In this document: positions 12,666 to 24,599 of the stretch, in pieces | Layout: every line of letters begins with the position of its first letter | Numbering within the stretch: position 1 is the stretch's first letter | Source of the DNA: Mustelus asterias | Lineage: Eukaryota | DNA: 64,000 nucleotides | Assembly (NCBI RefSeq): GCF_964213995.1 | Contig: NW_027590198.1 | Coordinates: 372,001 to 436,000 of the forward strand | Direction: 5' to 3' | Translations under genes and position numbers: made by a program | Notes under the pieces: model-generated | What the model was told of the DNA's origin: nothing | The model's input: the letters and a program-made list of their open reading frames with translations, nothing else | The model's database searches: none

Positions 12666-13559
12666 TGTTCACTGTCCTGTCTCCACGTGACTTTTAAACT
12701 GTCCCCAAACCAGTTCTTTTCGAAATGCTGGTGATATTAGAACTATTAATTTCCCGTGATTCTACGTCCATCTGGATAGAATCCCAATATCCGACAATGG
12801 TCATTACAGTTGCAATATGTCGAAACATATCGAGTAAACTCTCTTGTTACGTTGTTACACAAACAAAGTTAAGAGAGTCAGGAAAATAACTCTTTCTCTG
12901 CTACCTAGGCAGATCGATATGCGAGAGAAAGAAACCTGAACAAGAACGTAAAAAGATGGAAAGAGCGATAATAAGTAGATCGGCAGAGAGAGCGATACAG
13001 ACAGGCAGACAGATGGGTCGATAGACGCATAGGTTAGTTAATTCCATTTATTTACGGAAACGCTTCATTTATTTATTCTTGTATGTATCTTTATGTTAGT
13101 TTTGTGTTTGGTTTCACAGCTGTTCCTTATCGCTTGGAGGCATTTCAGATTTCGATTAATCGGATTAAACAAGGACAGACCATCTCTCTTCATCACAATG
13201 TTACTGTCGCTGCAAATGACTTTGTATTCTGATACCGGCATTTCACCGATTAAGCTCCCGAGTATACTTTAGTAATGGTGCAGGCGTGTCAGAAAACTGA
13301 GATAAATGATTTTGCATCAATACTAAACAACAAATATAGCAAAACCAAAATGACAAAGGCAGCAAATGTTGTAGCAATAACATAAAAGTAATAAAACACA
13401 GGATAAACTGCAACAATAAAAACACGCAATACGATGCAGCAACATAAACAAAATTAAAAATCGCTGTTTCACAGATGACGTCCCAAGACCTCATCTTTCG
13501 CTAAAACCTGCAGAACCGTCAGTTTCCTCTTTCACAGGTGACAGTTGGAGTTACAGGAA

Positions 13560-13858
13560 ACGGCACAGTGGTTAACACTGCTGCCTCATAGTGCCAGGGA
13601 GCAGCGTTCGATTCCCGGCTTGGGTCACTGTCCGTGTGGAGTTCGAACGTTCTCTCAGTATCTGCGTGGGTGTCCTCCGGGTGCTCCGGTTTCTTTCCAC
13701 AGTCCGAAGGACGTGCGTGGTTAGCTGCATTTGCCATGCTAAATTCTCCCTCAGTTTACCCGAATAGGCGCCGTAGTGTGGCGACCAGGGAACTTTCACA
13801 GTAACTTAATTGCATTGTGAATGTAAGCCTTACCTGTGACTAATAAACTTGTCTTTAA
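13560..13858 (+). mobile_element. tRNA-derived V-SINE (HE1-like)
   Basis: Pol III A/B-box-like head followed by the V-domain GCGTGGGTGTCCTCCGGGTGCTCCGGTTTC. Confidence 0.85.
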
Positions 13859-14390
13859 ATATCTGCACGTCTTGACACCACCACAAACCACAGCGCATTT
13901 AGTGCAAGAGTCGATGTTTGAATTACGGAAGCTCTAGAACAGAAGCAGGTCTTCGGGACCAGAAATTCTGGGATCCATCTCCACTTCATGGCTACAGAGG
14001 ATGTGTTCCTTACCCAGTCACACAAGTTGATGATTTGCTCGTAAATTCTTCCAATAAGCCGAATGACAATTGAAAAGTAAAGGAGAGTTTCCTGGCCAGC
14101 CTTACTGCAGGAGGTAATGGAAACAACTGCAGGACTTTGTCAGGCATAATCATAGAGCAATCTAATGGAAGTCTCTGGTTATCTAGGGCCACCTCAGGGC
14201 ATGGGTATCTGGTACATGGTACCTGCCATATCACTGAATGAAATGTTTTGCTGAGTCAAAATTGTCTGATTTGTTCTCTACAGTGAGGGCCAAGGGGTTT
14301 GGGTCATCAAACTCGATAAATATTCTCATATGTATTCTCTAAACTACCCTGTTGCTTTTTTTGGTGATATATTTTTAGTAATAAAACATT

Positions 14391-14856
14391 TAGACCATAA
14401 GACCATAAGACATAGGAGCGGAAGTAAGGCCATTCGGCCCATCGAGTCCACTCCACCATTCAATCATGGTTGATTTCAACTCCATTTACCCGCTCTCTCC
14501 CCATAGCCCTTAATTCCTCGAGAAATCAAGAATTTATCAATTTCTGTCTTGAAGACGCTCAACGTCTCGGCCTCCACAGCCCTCTGTGGCAATGAATTCC
14601 ACAGACCCACCACTCTCTGGCTGAAGAAATTTCTCCTCATCTCTGTTCTAAAGTGACTCCCTTTTATTCTAAGGCTGTGCCCCCGCGTCCTAGTCTCCCC
14701 TGTTAATGGAAACAACTTCCCTACGTCCATCCTATCTAAGCCGTTCATTATCTTGTAAGTTTCTATCAGATCTCCCCTCAACCTCCTAAACTCCAATGAA
14801 TATAATCCCACGATCCTCAGACGTTCATCGTATGTCAGGCCTACCATTCCTGGGAT
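14391..14856 (-). mobile_element. Young CR1 3' end
   Basis: Near-identical to 24602-25066; (TTATGGTC)n tail. Confidence 0.95.
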
Positions 14857-14958
14857 TTATTGTAATTAATAGTTTGAGAATTCACCAGGATTTCAGGTTC
14901 TATTTCAGACTCACTCTGATCACAATGTTTGCCTAACGCTGTTGAGCGAGGCTCTGGC

Positions 14959-14997
14959 AGTTTTTGTATAGGTTCAGCCCGGCTCTGTGTTTCTGTG
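14959..14997 (-). promoter_or_regulatory. 23-RSS
   Basis: CACAGAA + 23 nt + ACAAAAACT. Confidence 0.85.
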
Positions 14998-15841
14998 GGA
15001 CTCACTGCGCAGTAATAAACCCCGGAGTCTGCCAGCTCTGTTTTAGACACTTTCAACGGGACTGTGCGTGTTGTATGATTGAGCTCCGCTGAAAAACGGT
15101 CCCCAGGGGATCTCCCTGTGTTCCCGGTGAATTTATTTGTTTACAGCAGATACTCCAGACAGTACCAGAATAGAAAAGGGTTGTTGCTTGTAGTTGTATA
15201 ATTACAGAACAACTGAACATCATCTCCTTCAGTCACGGTGACTGCAGGTTTCTGCGAAATAGAGTCTCCTCGACACTGCCCTGTTAGAGTACAAATAAAT
15301 ATTAAACTAAACAATGCGACATCACTCTGTTTCCCCCAGAATCCTCCCGTCATCCTGAACAATAACCTTAGAGAGAAATCAGACAGCAGAACAAAAACAT
15401 ATTTTTCACTGTTCAGTGGTTGGAACGGGAAGTTATTTGTGGTGATAAATAAAACTTCTACCGTAAACATTCCGTACTCCTCAGTCCCTATAACTGGAAC
15501 GGGAAAATGCCCACTGTCTGTATTTGAACTGGTTATTTTAAAAATCATTTACTGGTACCAGAGGAGTTTGAATCTCAGCTTAACTCATCCAATCTCATTC
15601 ACTGGGGAAAATGTGCCGACTCCCAACAAACAGTTTTCAGTATTGAGACCACCGAGATCCAAATACCTATTCGAGGTTGGGATCAATCCGATCACCCACC
15701 CCCAGCCCCTTGGATTGTGCGAACAGCCCGACAGAGTATACTGTGTCGTAATGATGTGCAACATAGAATTGATCAACTTGTGAACTTACCGGTTAAAAGA
15801 GTTGCCGCTGTGAGGAGTAAATACAGAGTAACAAGAGACAT
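14998..15841 (-). pseudogene. TCR alpha/delta-type V pseudogene
   Basis: Leader 15841-15790 (MSLVTLYLLLTAATLLT); V exon 15280-14998: GDSISQKPAVTVTEGDDVQLFCNY…FWYCLEYLL*…DSGVYYCAVS; in-frame TAA at 15141-15143 and a shortened FR2. Confidence 0.92.
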
Positions 15842-15879
15842 GTTTGCAGAGAGCTCGCGGCAGATTTGACCAGAACGGG

Positions 15880-16004
15880 TTGACGCTGAAATTGTTTCAG
15901 TCAAGTATTGGGAAGAAGTTGAGTCACATATGGACTCCTGTTGATTGGTTCATTGCCAACAAAGTTACCAGATGACATCCAATCGGCTTCAAGCTCCTTT
16001 GATC
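15880..16004 (-). promoter_or_regulatory. Putative V promoter motifs
   Basis: Within 165 bp upstream of the leader ATG: TGAGTCA (15920-15926), TGACATC plus CCAAT (15973-15983), TCF/LEF-type CCTTTGATC (15996-16004). Confidence 0.4.
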
Positions 16005-17666
16005 TTCCAATGATCTCACAGCTCCTTTATTTCCAATTCATCCTATTGGCGGAGGGACAAAAGGAACAAAATGCATTTGTTTATCTCACAACAGGGAATC
16101 GGGCAGGAATTAAACGGAGTATTGGACCTTTAACAGTTCCAAACTCTCGGGCGAACATAGGGAAGAGAAACAGCTTTTGTTCTTTCCAGTACCTTCGACG
16201 GAGGCCCCAACTAAAATAGTTAATTTTCGACGATGAGAACTCTTCGAGAGCCGATATCGGCGGCTCGTGGATCAGCAGGGATTGGAATAGAGCAATCTGG
16301 AAAATAGATGAACGCTACATTGTAAATGAGTTAAATGATGGAGGGGAGGGAATTGGTTGTTTGATGGACTTGAACAGAACGGGAATGTGTCTTCATCGCA
16401 TGGACTCAGTGAATTTAGAATGGGCTGATGATTAGTAATATTTACCGGTTACATATTTTAAAAATTAACCATGTTGACAATAAATTAATAATTAACCAAC
16501 AGAACCACACACTTCCACTGGGCATTAATGCCTGCAACTAAAACAATCAGTTTAATTAACTGGTAAAGTTTCCTCCGACAGGCTTAACCAGTCCGAACCC
16601 GCAAACTCTAACATCTGGAAGGACAGCGAAAGCAGACACAAGGGGACATAATCACCTGCAAATTCCCCACCAAGTCACACCTCGTCCTGACTTGGAAATA
16701 TATTACAGTTCCTTTAGTTCCGTAGGTGAAAATACTGGAAATCATTTCACGAATATTATCTTTGCGATTTTGGGTAGTGGATAGAAAATTATAAATGTAA
16801 ACTGAGATAAATGCAACAAAGTGAGATATTAAGGTTTCGAAATGCAAAGTTAGAAGGCGAGAATTACATTAAAAAGAGATTTGTAAATAAAGCAAAATGC
16901 ATTTCCTTCCAACTCACTGATATTTCTATGGCACCTATTTACAATGTTGAATTGTTTGAAACATGCCTCTCAATTAAAAGGCCAGTGGAAACTGCCCCAT
17001 CGATGAACTTGCACTTTATTGGTGATCCGGAGAGTGAGTCACCGTCACTTGTGGTCACATGTTTCTCGTAGCTCCCAGTCAGCATTTCCTTCCTAATTAT
17101 AAATATATGTTATCTGACTGCTGTAACTCAGGTCTTGTTGTTGCTCAATTGATCATGATTTGTTTTTTATTCTTCATTGGGCGTTGGTGGTAAGGTTAGG
17201 TAATTGTGGGTCTGAATTTAGTGAATTAAAGCTGAATCGTTTCTGTTCAGAGTTGAGAATATGTTGAGTAACATCTGGCCTCACTTGCGATTGCTTCATT
17301 CCTGACAGAGCCAGCAGGAGACACCCAATCAGCTCACAGCTCATTTGCCCTACATTTCATCGAATCAGCTCAGACTGCCTCTTCGTCAGTCGATGACGGC
17401 AGAGCGAGGAGCACGGAACTATCTGCATCTGTTCTGAGAACAAGGAACTGGACAGAAGAACATAAGAGTATAGGGAATAGGAGCTGGAGTGACCATTAGA
17501 CCCGCTACTACCATTCAATAACGTCATGTTTGATGTACCTCACGTCCATATAATCTATTTGTCTTAATATCCTATTTCTTCAATAAATGAGGTCTCTCAT
17601 GTGGAAGAAAATAATAATGATGGATATTAAAACCATAATTTTTCTATATCGGAGTTAACCTTTCGG

Positions 17667-17994
17667 ATCATAGAATCATAGAAACCCTACAGTGCAGAAG
17701 GAGGCCATTCGGCCCATTGAGTCTGCACCGACCACAATCCCACCCAGGCCCTACCCCCACATATTTACCCGCTAATCTACGCATCCCAGGACTCTAAGGG
17801 GCAATTTTTAACCTGGCCAATCAACCTAACCCGCACATCTTTGGACTGTGGGAGGAAACCGGAGCACCCGGAGGAAACCCACGCAGACACGAGGAGAATG
17901 TGCAAACTCCACACAGACAGTGACCCGAGCCGGGAATCGAACCTGGGACCCTGGAGCTGTGAAGCAGCAGTGCTAACCACTGTGCTACCGTGCC
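17667..17994 (-). mobile_element. HE1-like V-SINE
   Basis: Full tRNA-like head, V domain and CR1-like tail (TTCTATGA)n. Confidence 0.92.
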
Positions 17995-18242
17995 TTATGG
18001 GTCCCTTATGTGTAATAGTTCATGTTGTTTCGATAACAGCGCCACGGTTTCCCAGTTAAAGGGCTGCTCGGAGACCCGGGAAACTACTATAAAGATGGAT
18101 TTTACAGAGAATGGCACATTCAGCATCGCAGAAATAAAACATTCGGGCAAGTTGGTCTTTTTAATGTGTTTTTGTCATATTAACAGTTCATGATCCAGGT
18201 CACAGATCTGATTCAGTGAGAGGAGGTGAGAGTATCTTTGTT

Positions 18243-18281
18243 GGTTTTTGTACGGACTGACTGTGCCTCTGTAACAGTGTG
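18243..18281 (-). promoter_or_regulatory. 23-RSS
   Basis: CACACTG + 23 nt + ACAAAAACC. Confidence 0.88.
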
Positions 18282-19074
18282 GGGCTCAGCGCACAGTGAT
18301 ACACGGCAGAATCAGAGACACGGACCCCGTTGATATTTGATGGAGCCGTTTTCTTGACTTTGTCCAAATCAGCAGAAAACCGGTCCCAGAAATCTGACGA
18401 TTTTTCTCCATTCCCCGAGCTATATTTCTTCAATAAATATCTCGGAGCTTCCCAAGGATGGTGGATGTAACACAACATAGTATTGTCTGCATATTTTGCT
18501 TTGTAACTGCAGTACAATATTACCCTCTGTCCTTCCTGGACCGTTAATTCAGGTGACTACTGGGAAACTGTTGTTTGGCCACTGGTTCCTGTAACAACAT
18601 ATCATAGAAATCATAGAAACCCCTACAGTGCAGAAGGAGGCCATTCGGCCCATCGAGTCTGCACCGACCACAATCCCACCCAGGCCCTATCCCCACATAT
18701 TCACCCGCTAATCCCTCTAACCTACGCATCCCAGGACTCTAAGGGGCAATTTTTAAACCTGGCCAATCAACCTAACCCGCACATCTTTGGACTGTGGGAG
18801 GAAACCGGAGCACCCGGAGGAAACCCACGCAGACACGAGGAGAATGTGCAAACTCCACACAGACAGTGACCCGAGCCGGGAATCGAACCCGGGACCCTGG
18901 AGCTGTGAAGCAGCAGTGCTAACCACTGTGCTACCGTGCCGCCCCTGCTACCGTGCCGCCCCATATAGAATGTGAGATAAATCTGTGAGTGAATATAACC
19001 CATAAAACACACACTGAGGATTTGAGCTCAGACTCACCGGGCAGCATGGCCATTATTATCAGTAAAGCACACAT
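18282..19074 (-). pseudogene. TCR alpha/delta-type V pseudogene
   Basis: Leader 19074-19038 (MCALLIIMAMLP); V exon 18588-18282: SGQTTVSQ*SPELTVQEGQRVILYCSY…MLCYIHHP…DSAVYHCALSP; TAG at 18557-18559 and the conserved Trp replaced by Cys. Confidence 0.9.
18601..18962 (-). mobile_element. HE1-like V-SINE in a V intron
   Basis: Near-identical to 17667-17994; its 5' end GGGGCGGCACGGTAGCA is duplicated. Confidence 0.92.
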
Positions 19075-19121
19075 GGTTCCTGATTGGACAGTAAACAGCG
19101 ACACTGTTTAAAATATGTTGC

Positions 19122-19772
19122 TGCTTCTAGCTTTGTCCTCTTTTTAGGTCAAACCAAACCAAGTAAACAAACTCAGATTAAATCAGGACAAAGTAAAAGG
19201 GGCAGCTCCCCAAAAAGGAGGGGGAACAGCCCGAACAGAAATCAAAGTACAAAGGAAACTTAAAAACATCAAATTAAAATGTGATTATTAGGGTCAATAA
19301 TGCACCCCAACCCCTGCGGTGCCCAGCGGGCGGTGCTTCTAGCCTTGTCCTCTTTTTAGGTCAAACCAAACCAAGTAAACAAACTCAGATTAAATCAGGA
19401 CAAAGTAAAGGGGGGAGCTCCCCAAAAAGGAGGGGGAACAGCCCGAACAGAAATCAAAATACAAAGGAAACTTAAAAACATCAAATTAAAATGTGATTAT
19501 TAGGGTCAATAATGCACCCCAACCCCTGCGGTGCCCAGCGGGCGGTGCTTCTAGCCTTGTCCTCTTTTTAGGTCAAACCAAACCAAGTAAACAAACTCAG
19601 GTTAAATCAGGACAAAGTAAAAGGGGCAGCTCCCCAAAAAGGAGGGGGGACAGCCCGAACAGAAATCAAAGTACAAAGGAAACTTAAAAACATCAAATTA
19701 AAATGTGATTATTAGGGTCAATAATGCACCCCAACCCCTGCGGTGCCCAGCGGGCGGTGCTTCTAGCCTTGT
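19122..19772 (-). repeat. Tandem array of 3 x 212 bp: Tx1/L1-like LINE 3' end separated by a 15-bp target sequence
   Basis: TGCTTCTAGCYTTGT at 19122, 19334, 19546 and 19758; each unit reads ARWAPQGLGCIIDPNNHILI* followed by a T-rich UTR on the minus strand. Confidence 0.85.
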
Positions 19773-19989
19773 GTCACAGAGTAAGCTCAGCTCAGAGTCA
19801 GCTGCAATTATTGGGCAACTGGGCTGCGTTTCTCAGTGCTGCGATTGGCTGGTGTCTCCGTTCTGAGGTCAGCTGAAGACCAATCACTGTTCGTGAAAGG
19901 TTTAATATGGCTGACACTCACTAGTCACATTCCGTCTCTGGCTGAGTGTCTACCACTTCCTCTCCCTTTCTCTCTCTCACATTTCACAT

Positions 19990-20132
19990 TTTGGTTATTG
20001 GATAGGCACATGGAGCACGCTAGAATGATAGGGAGTGCGATAGCTTGATCTTGGTTTCGGGAAAGGTTCGGCACAACATCGTGGGCCGAAGGGTCTGTAC
20101 TGTGCTGTACTGTTCTATGTTCTATGTTCTAT
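19990..20132 (+). mobile_element. CR1 3'-terminal fragment
   Basis: GGGCCGAAGGGTCTGTACTGTGCTGTAC followed by (TGTTCTA)n. Confidence 0.8.
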
Positions 20133-20764
20133 TTCCCTCATTCTGTCTGTTCCTTGCTTAATCTCGTTTTCCTCCGAACTCTTCGTGAAAATCTTTCTTT
20201 AGATAGATTTTTCTTTCTAATTAACGCAGAAAGTTAAATAATTTCTCATCAGTCTTATGCACATGTATTAATGAGTGCATGACCATCAATAATAATTAGG
20301 CTTTTATGAATACTGGGATGAGTAGTTACGTAAATCTACAACACGGTACGGTTCCACCGGGCTTACTCTTGTCCCGGTAAAGGGTTGTTTTCAATCGATC
20401 ATTATTTCTACTTAAGGGACTTTAGAATGGGACAACACTGAAGCTGCATTTGACAATAGATCACTTTGAAAATGTGTCGCCTTACAGCTAGGCACCTGAT
20501 CCAGAACTATGATGCGTACAGATTGATGAAGTTATTCACCTCGGAGATCTGCGGGGTTGTGTGAATTGGATCAGGAAATAATTTAATTTGATCCGGGAAT
20601 AATAGGCCACAAAATATCACGTTTCCCAACGGTGACAATCGTTGAGCTCAGTGGGGAAATACAGTTTTGATGCGACTGTGTTATTTTCTTAATTCTCTGT
20701 ACATTTTCGATAAGATGCAACTCTGTTTTTTCCGATACGGAAACATTGATGGTGGACATGCATG

Positions 20765-20803
20765 AGTTTTTGTATGAAGCCCGCGGGAGGCTCATGCACT
20801 GTG
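20765..20803 (-). promoter_or_regulatory. 23-RSS (consensus heptamer)
   Basis: CACAGTG + 23 nt + ACAAAAACT. Confidence 0.95.
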
Positions 20804-21284
20804 GGTCTCAGTGCACAGTAATACACAGCGCTGTCTGTCATCTTCAAACCTTTCATTGACAAGTGAAAAGTGCTTTGTGCCTGGTTGAGATTCCCGCTGA
20901 AATGTTCAAAGCCGGGAGCCGTCTTGTTAAACCCATAGCTATGGGCTCTGAGCAGATACTGAGGAGCTCCTTGTGGATACTGGCGATACCAGAACAGGCT
21001 ATAGTCTGTGGTTGAACTCGAGACAGAGTAACTGCACGGTATTTCTGAATCTTCACCCTGTGCTGCTTCAACTACTGATTCTGACTGGCACACTGAGTCT
21101 CCGTTACTCATCTCTGAAAAGAAACAGCGGACACAATTTGAATTAGGAGTAAGAGGAAGATAGTAATCAGACAGAGATGGGAAAGGGAAATTGCGCGAGG
21201 ATCGCCGTAGATTTCAAGAAGGTTCCAGTTTCACTAACCTGCGATCAGGGCAATAACCAGAGTTAGAAACATTTTCACCTCCAT
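20804..21284 (-). CDS. TRAV/TRDV: TCR alpha/delta-type V gene segment, apparently functional (leader exon 21284-21239, V exon 21113-20804)
   Basis: MEVKMFLTLVIALIA|EMSNGDSVCQSESVVEAAQGEDSEIPCSYS…LFWYRQYPQGAPQYLL…DSAVYYCALRP; GT/AG phase-1 intron, both canonical Cys and the Trp present, no stops. Confidence 0.93.
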
Positions 21285-21639
21285 GATTTTAGTCTGAACT
21301 CCAGATAGAGAAATACTGATCTCTGCCTGTACCCGACCTGGAATGCGAGAATTTGAAAGAGCCAGGAGGATGCAATACAATTGGCTGGCATTTGTTTCCC
21401 CTCCCATTTTTATATCGACAAGTAGTCGCTTTCTGAAGAAGGAGGCTTTGGTAAGTGATCAGAGTGCGCCCTCCGGTGGACAGTACAACCGCTTTAGAAA
21501 CATACACAGAACCGAGAGCCCAGACACATACACTCTGAGAAATTTAAAGACCCACAAATATCCAGTAAAGCTACAACCCTGAACAAGAGGAAACATCCGC
21601 TCCACATCCACCCTGCTAATACCCTTTAGGATTTAAAGG

Positions 21640-22582
21640 TTTCAAATTCGCAGATGACGCTAAGATGAGTGGCAGAGCAAAGTGTGCAGAGGGCGTTGAA
21701 AGTCTGCAAAGATATATAGATAGTCTAAGTGAGTGGGCAAGGATCTGGCAGATGGAGTACAATGTTGGTCAATTTGAGGTCATCCATTTTGGTAGGAATA
21801 ACAGCAAAATGAACTATTATTTATATGGTAAAAAATTGCAGCATGCTGCTGTGCAGAGGGACCTGGGTGTCCTTGTGCATGAACCATAAGACGTTGGCTT
21901 GAGGGGCAGCAGGTAATTAAGAAGGCAAATGGAATTTTGTCCTTCATTGTTAGAGGGATGGAGTTTAAAAACAGTGAGATTATGTTGCAGCTGTATAAGG
22001 TGCTGGTGAGGTCACACCTGAAGTACTGTGTACTGTTTAGTCTCCTTATTTGAGAAAAGCTATACTGGCACTGAGGGGGTGCAGAGGAGATTCACTAGTT
22101 TGATTCCGAATTTGAGAGGGTTGGCTTATGAGGAGAGACTGAGTGGACTGGTGTTATATTTATTGGAATTCAGAAGAATGAGGGGAGATCTTATAGAAAC
22201 TTATAAGAGTATGAAGGGAATAGATAAGATAGAAGCAGGGAAGTTGTTTCCGCTGGTAGGTGAAACCAGAACTCGGGGATATGCCCTCAAAATAAAGGGG
22301 AGCAGATTTAGGACTGAGTTGAGGAGGAACTTCTTCACCCAAAGCGTTGTGAATCTGTGGAATTTCCTGCCCAGTGAAGCAGTTGAGGCTACCTCATTGA
22401 CTGTTTTTAAGGCAAGGAGAGATAATTTTTTGAACAGTAAAGGAATTAAGGTCTATGGTGAGCGGGCTGGTCAGTGGAGCTGAGTTCACGAAGATCAGCC
22501 ATGATCTTATTGAATGGCGGAGCAGGCTGCAGGGGGCAGATGGCCTCCTCCTGCTCCTGGCTCTTATGTTCTTGTGTTATGT
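21640..22582 (+). mobile_element. CR1 3' fragment
   Basis: KFADD…WQMEYN…TRTRGYALK…; CR1 3' UTR and tail. Confidence 0.92.
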
Positions 22583-22584
22583 CC

Positions 22585-24130
22585 AATCAAATTGTCTCTT
22601 ACTCTTCTAAACTCCAACGGATACAAACCACCCTTTCCCCATAAGATAATCCGCTACTACCTGGTAAACATTTAGTAAACCTCCTTTGAACTTTTTCTAA
22701 CGCATTACATATTTCTTTAGTTAAGGAGACAGTTTTGTACACAGTGCGCCAGAAGTGGTCTCGCCAATGTCCTATACAACTGAAGTATTACCTTCTAAAA
22801 TTTGCAATATATTCCCTCATAATAAATAACATTCAGCGACCTTTCCTTTGCTGTACCTGTATATTAGACCCTTATAATTCATGCACGAAGACGGCCAAAT
22901 CCCTCTGTACCTCAGAATTTTGTGATCTCTCACCATTGAAATATTAAACTGATTTTATATTTTCCTGCTAAAATGGATATTTTACTCAATTTGCCGGAGA
23001 TGTTCCCATTCACTTTATATATTTATCCCCTTTTCTATGCTCCTCCGTCCTTTTCACAATTTAGTTTCCGATCTACCTTTGTATCGTCAGCAGATTTAGC
23101 ACCCATATCTTCACTGCGGTTAGCACTGCAGAAATAATGCCATTTAAATGTTTCTAGATACATTCAGCCAGCGTTCATTTGTTCAGGTCAAATCGTGTTT
23201 AATTAACTTGTCTGAATTTTATGATGAGTATTCGAGGTGGTTGGTGAGGATATTCCTCTTAATGGGCGTCCAAAAGTCATGTGATACGGTGCTGTACCAC
23301 AGCCTTGTGAGCAAATATGGAGCTCAGAGAATAAAATGGACAGGAACAAAGGGATAGAAAATTGGCTGAGTGACAGTGAACAACTAGTAGTGTTGAACAG
23401 GTGTTTTTTTCGGACGAGAACATGGTTTGTAGTGAAGTTGTCAGAACCAGTCATACAACCCCTGATGTTCCTGATACACAGTAATGACCGAGAGCTCATG
23501 TGGAGGTCAGACTTTCAAAACCTGCGAACGACATAAAACTGGAACGCATTGCCAACCATCAGTAGGTGATGTAGGACTTCGGAACGAAAAAGAAAAAAGT
23601 GGTTGCGATGGGCGTGAAATTGGGAGAATTAATTAATTGAAGAGAAATATAACGTGATTTATTTTGTTAAGCTGAATGTGAAGAGACAAAGGGAAATGAT
23701 GGAAACGCTACGAAAGTAGGTATGTCCGCTGAGGGACCTGAGTGAGTATGTGCAATAAATCATTCATGCTGGAAGAGCAGGTTGAGAGAGCGGGAAATAA
23801 AACAATTTGTAACAGTCTTTGGCTCTTGGGGTATAGAATACAGAAGCAAGCAATCTATGCTATGTCTGTAGATAACATTGGAAAATAGTCCACTGAAATA
23901 TTGCGAAAAGATTCTGGGCACCAAACCTAAGGAAGAATGAAAAGCCAATGGGATGGATGCAAAGGGAACTGGCGAAAACAGTTCCAGACATCAGAAACTT
24001 CAGTTACGAAAATATATTGAAGAGGTTAGGACTGTTTTCCTTGACAGGCAGTTACTGGTGTGATCTTATTGAGGCATGCACTTTCCTGAGGGGTGTGGAC
24101 AGATTAAATAAAGAGGAAATGTTCATTGGC
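22585..24130. mobile_element. Old CR1 fragments (minus ~22585-23110, plus ~23150-24130)
   Basis: Degenerate RT-like translations (SCLINLSEFYDE, IENWLSD, SYENILKRLGLFSL). Confidence 0.6.
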
Positions 24131-24599
24131 AGAAGGAAAGCTTCCCCCGTTTGCCCACAGCTGACTCCAGGCCTATAAATGGTTGGCGCTCACCTGCCCT
24201 CTGAGATGCTCAATTAATTCAGATTATTAGCGATTACCAACAATTGCTGGCCTTGCCAGCTGGGTATATAAAAGAAAAAGAAACAACAACTAAAATCGAT
24301 ATTTCACTACATTTGCATTAGCAAAGGTTGTCCAGGAGATGGCAGTTAAACCGTGATTTTTGGCACGACACGAAACAGAGATTGTCTCAATTATTTCTGC
24401 AATGGACTCAATCTTTGCCCACCCTGAACTAGACCCATTTTATATGACGCAAAATCATATTTCTGATTATATTACAATCATTCTCAGTTGATTCTGTACT
24501 CAGGAAAATCCCAGTTGCTCCTATACTGAACAATGCCTTCGTAGATATCACACAGTGCTTTCTGGCTGTTCCGGCAGCGTGGAATTAATTCTCGTCTAA

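Noticed and set aside
14014-14233. Minus-strand exon-like interval with AG and GTAAG boundaries
   Set aside because: No recognisable protein in any frame; cannot be distinguished from chance
17667-18962. tRNA genes
   Set aside because: The A/B-box heads continue into SINE V-domain and LINE-like tails; they are SINEs
19122-19772. CRISPR-like array
   Set aside because: The intervening units are identical 197-bp copies rather than unique spacers; eukaryotic context; no cas genes
9482-21284. NAR-TCR cassette
   Set aside because: No IgNAR-like V, D or J seen, and the complete V segments have their own leader exons
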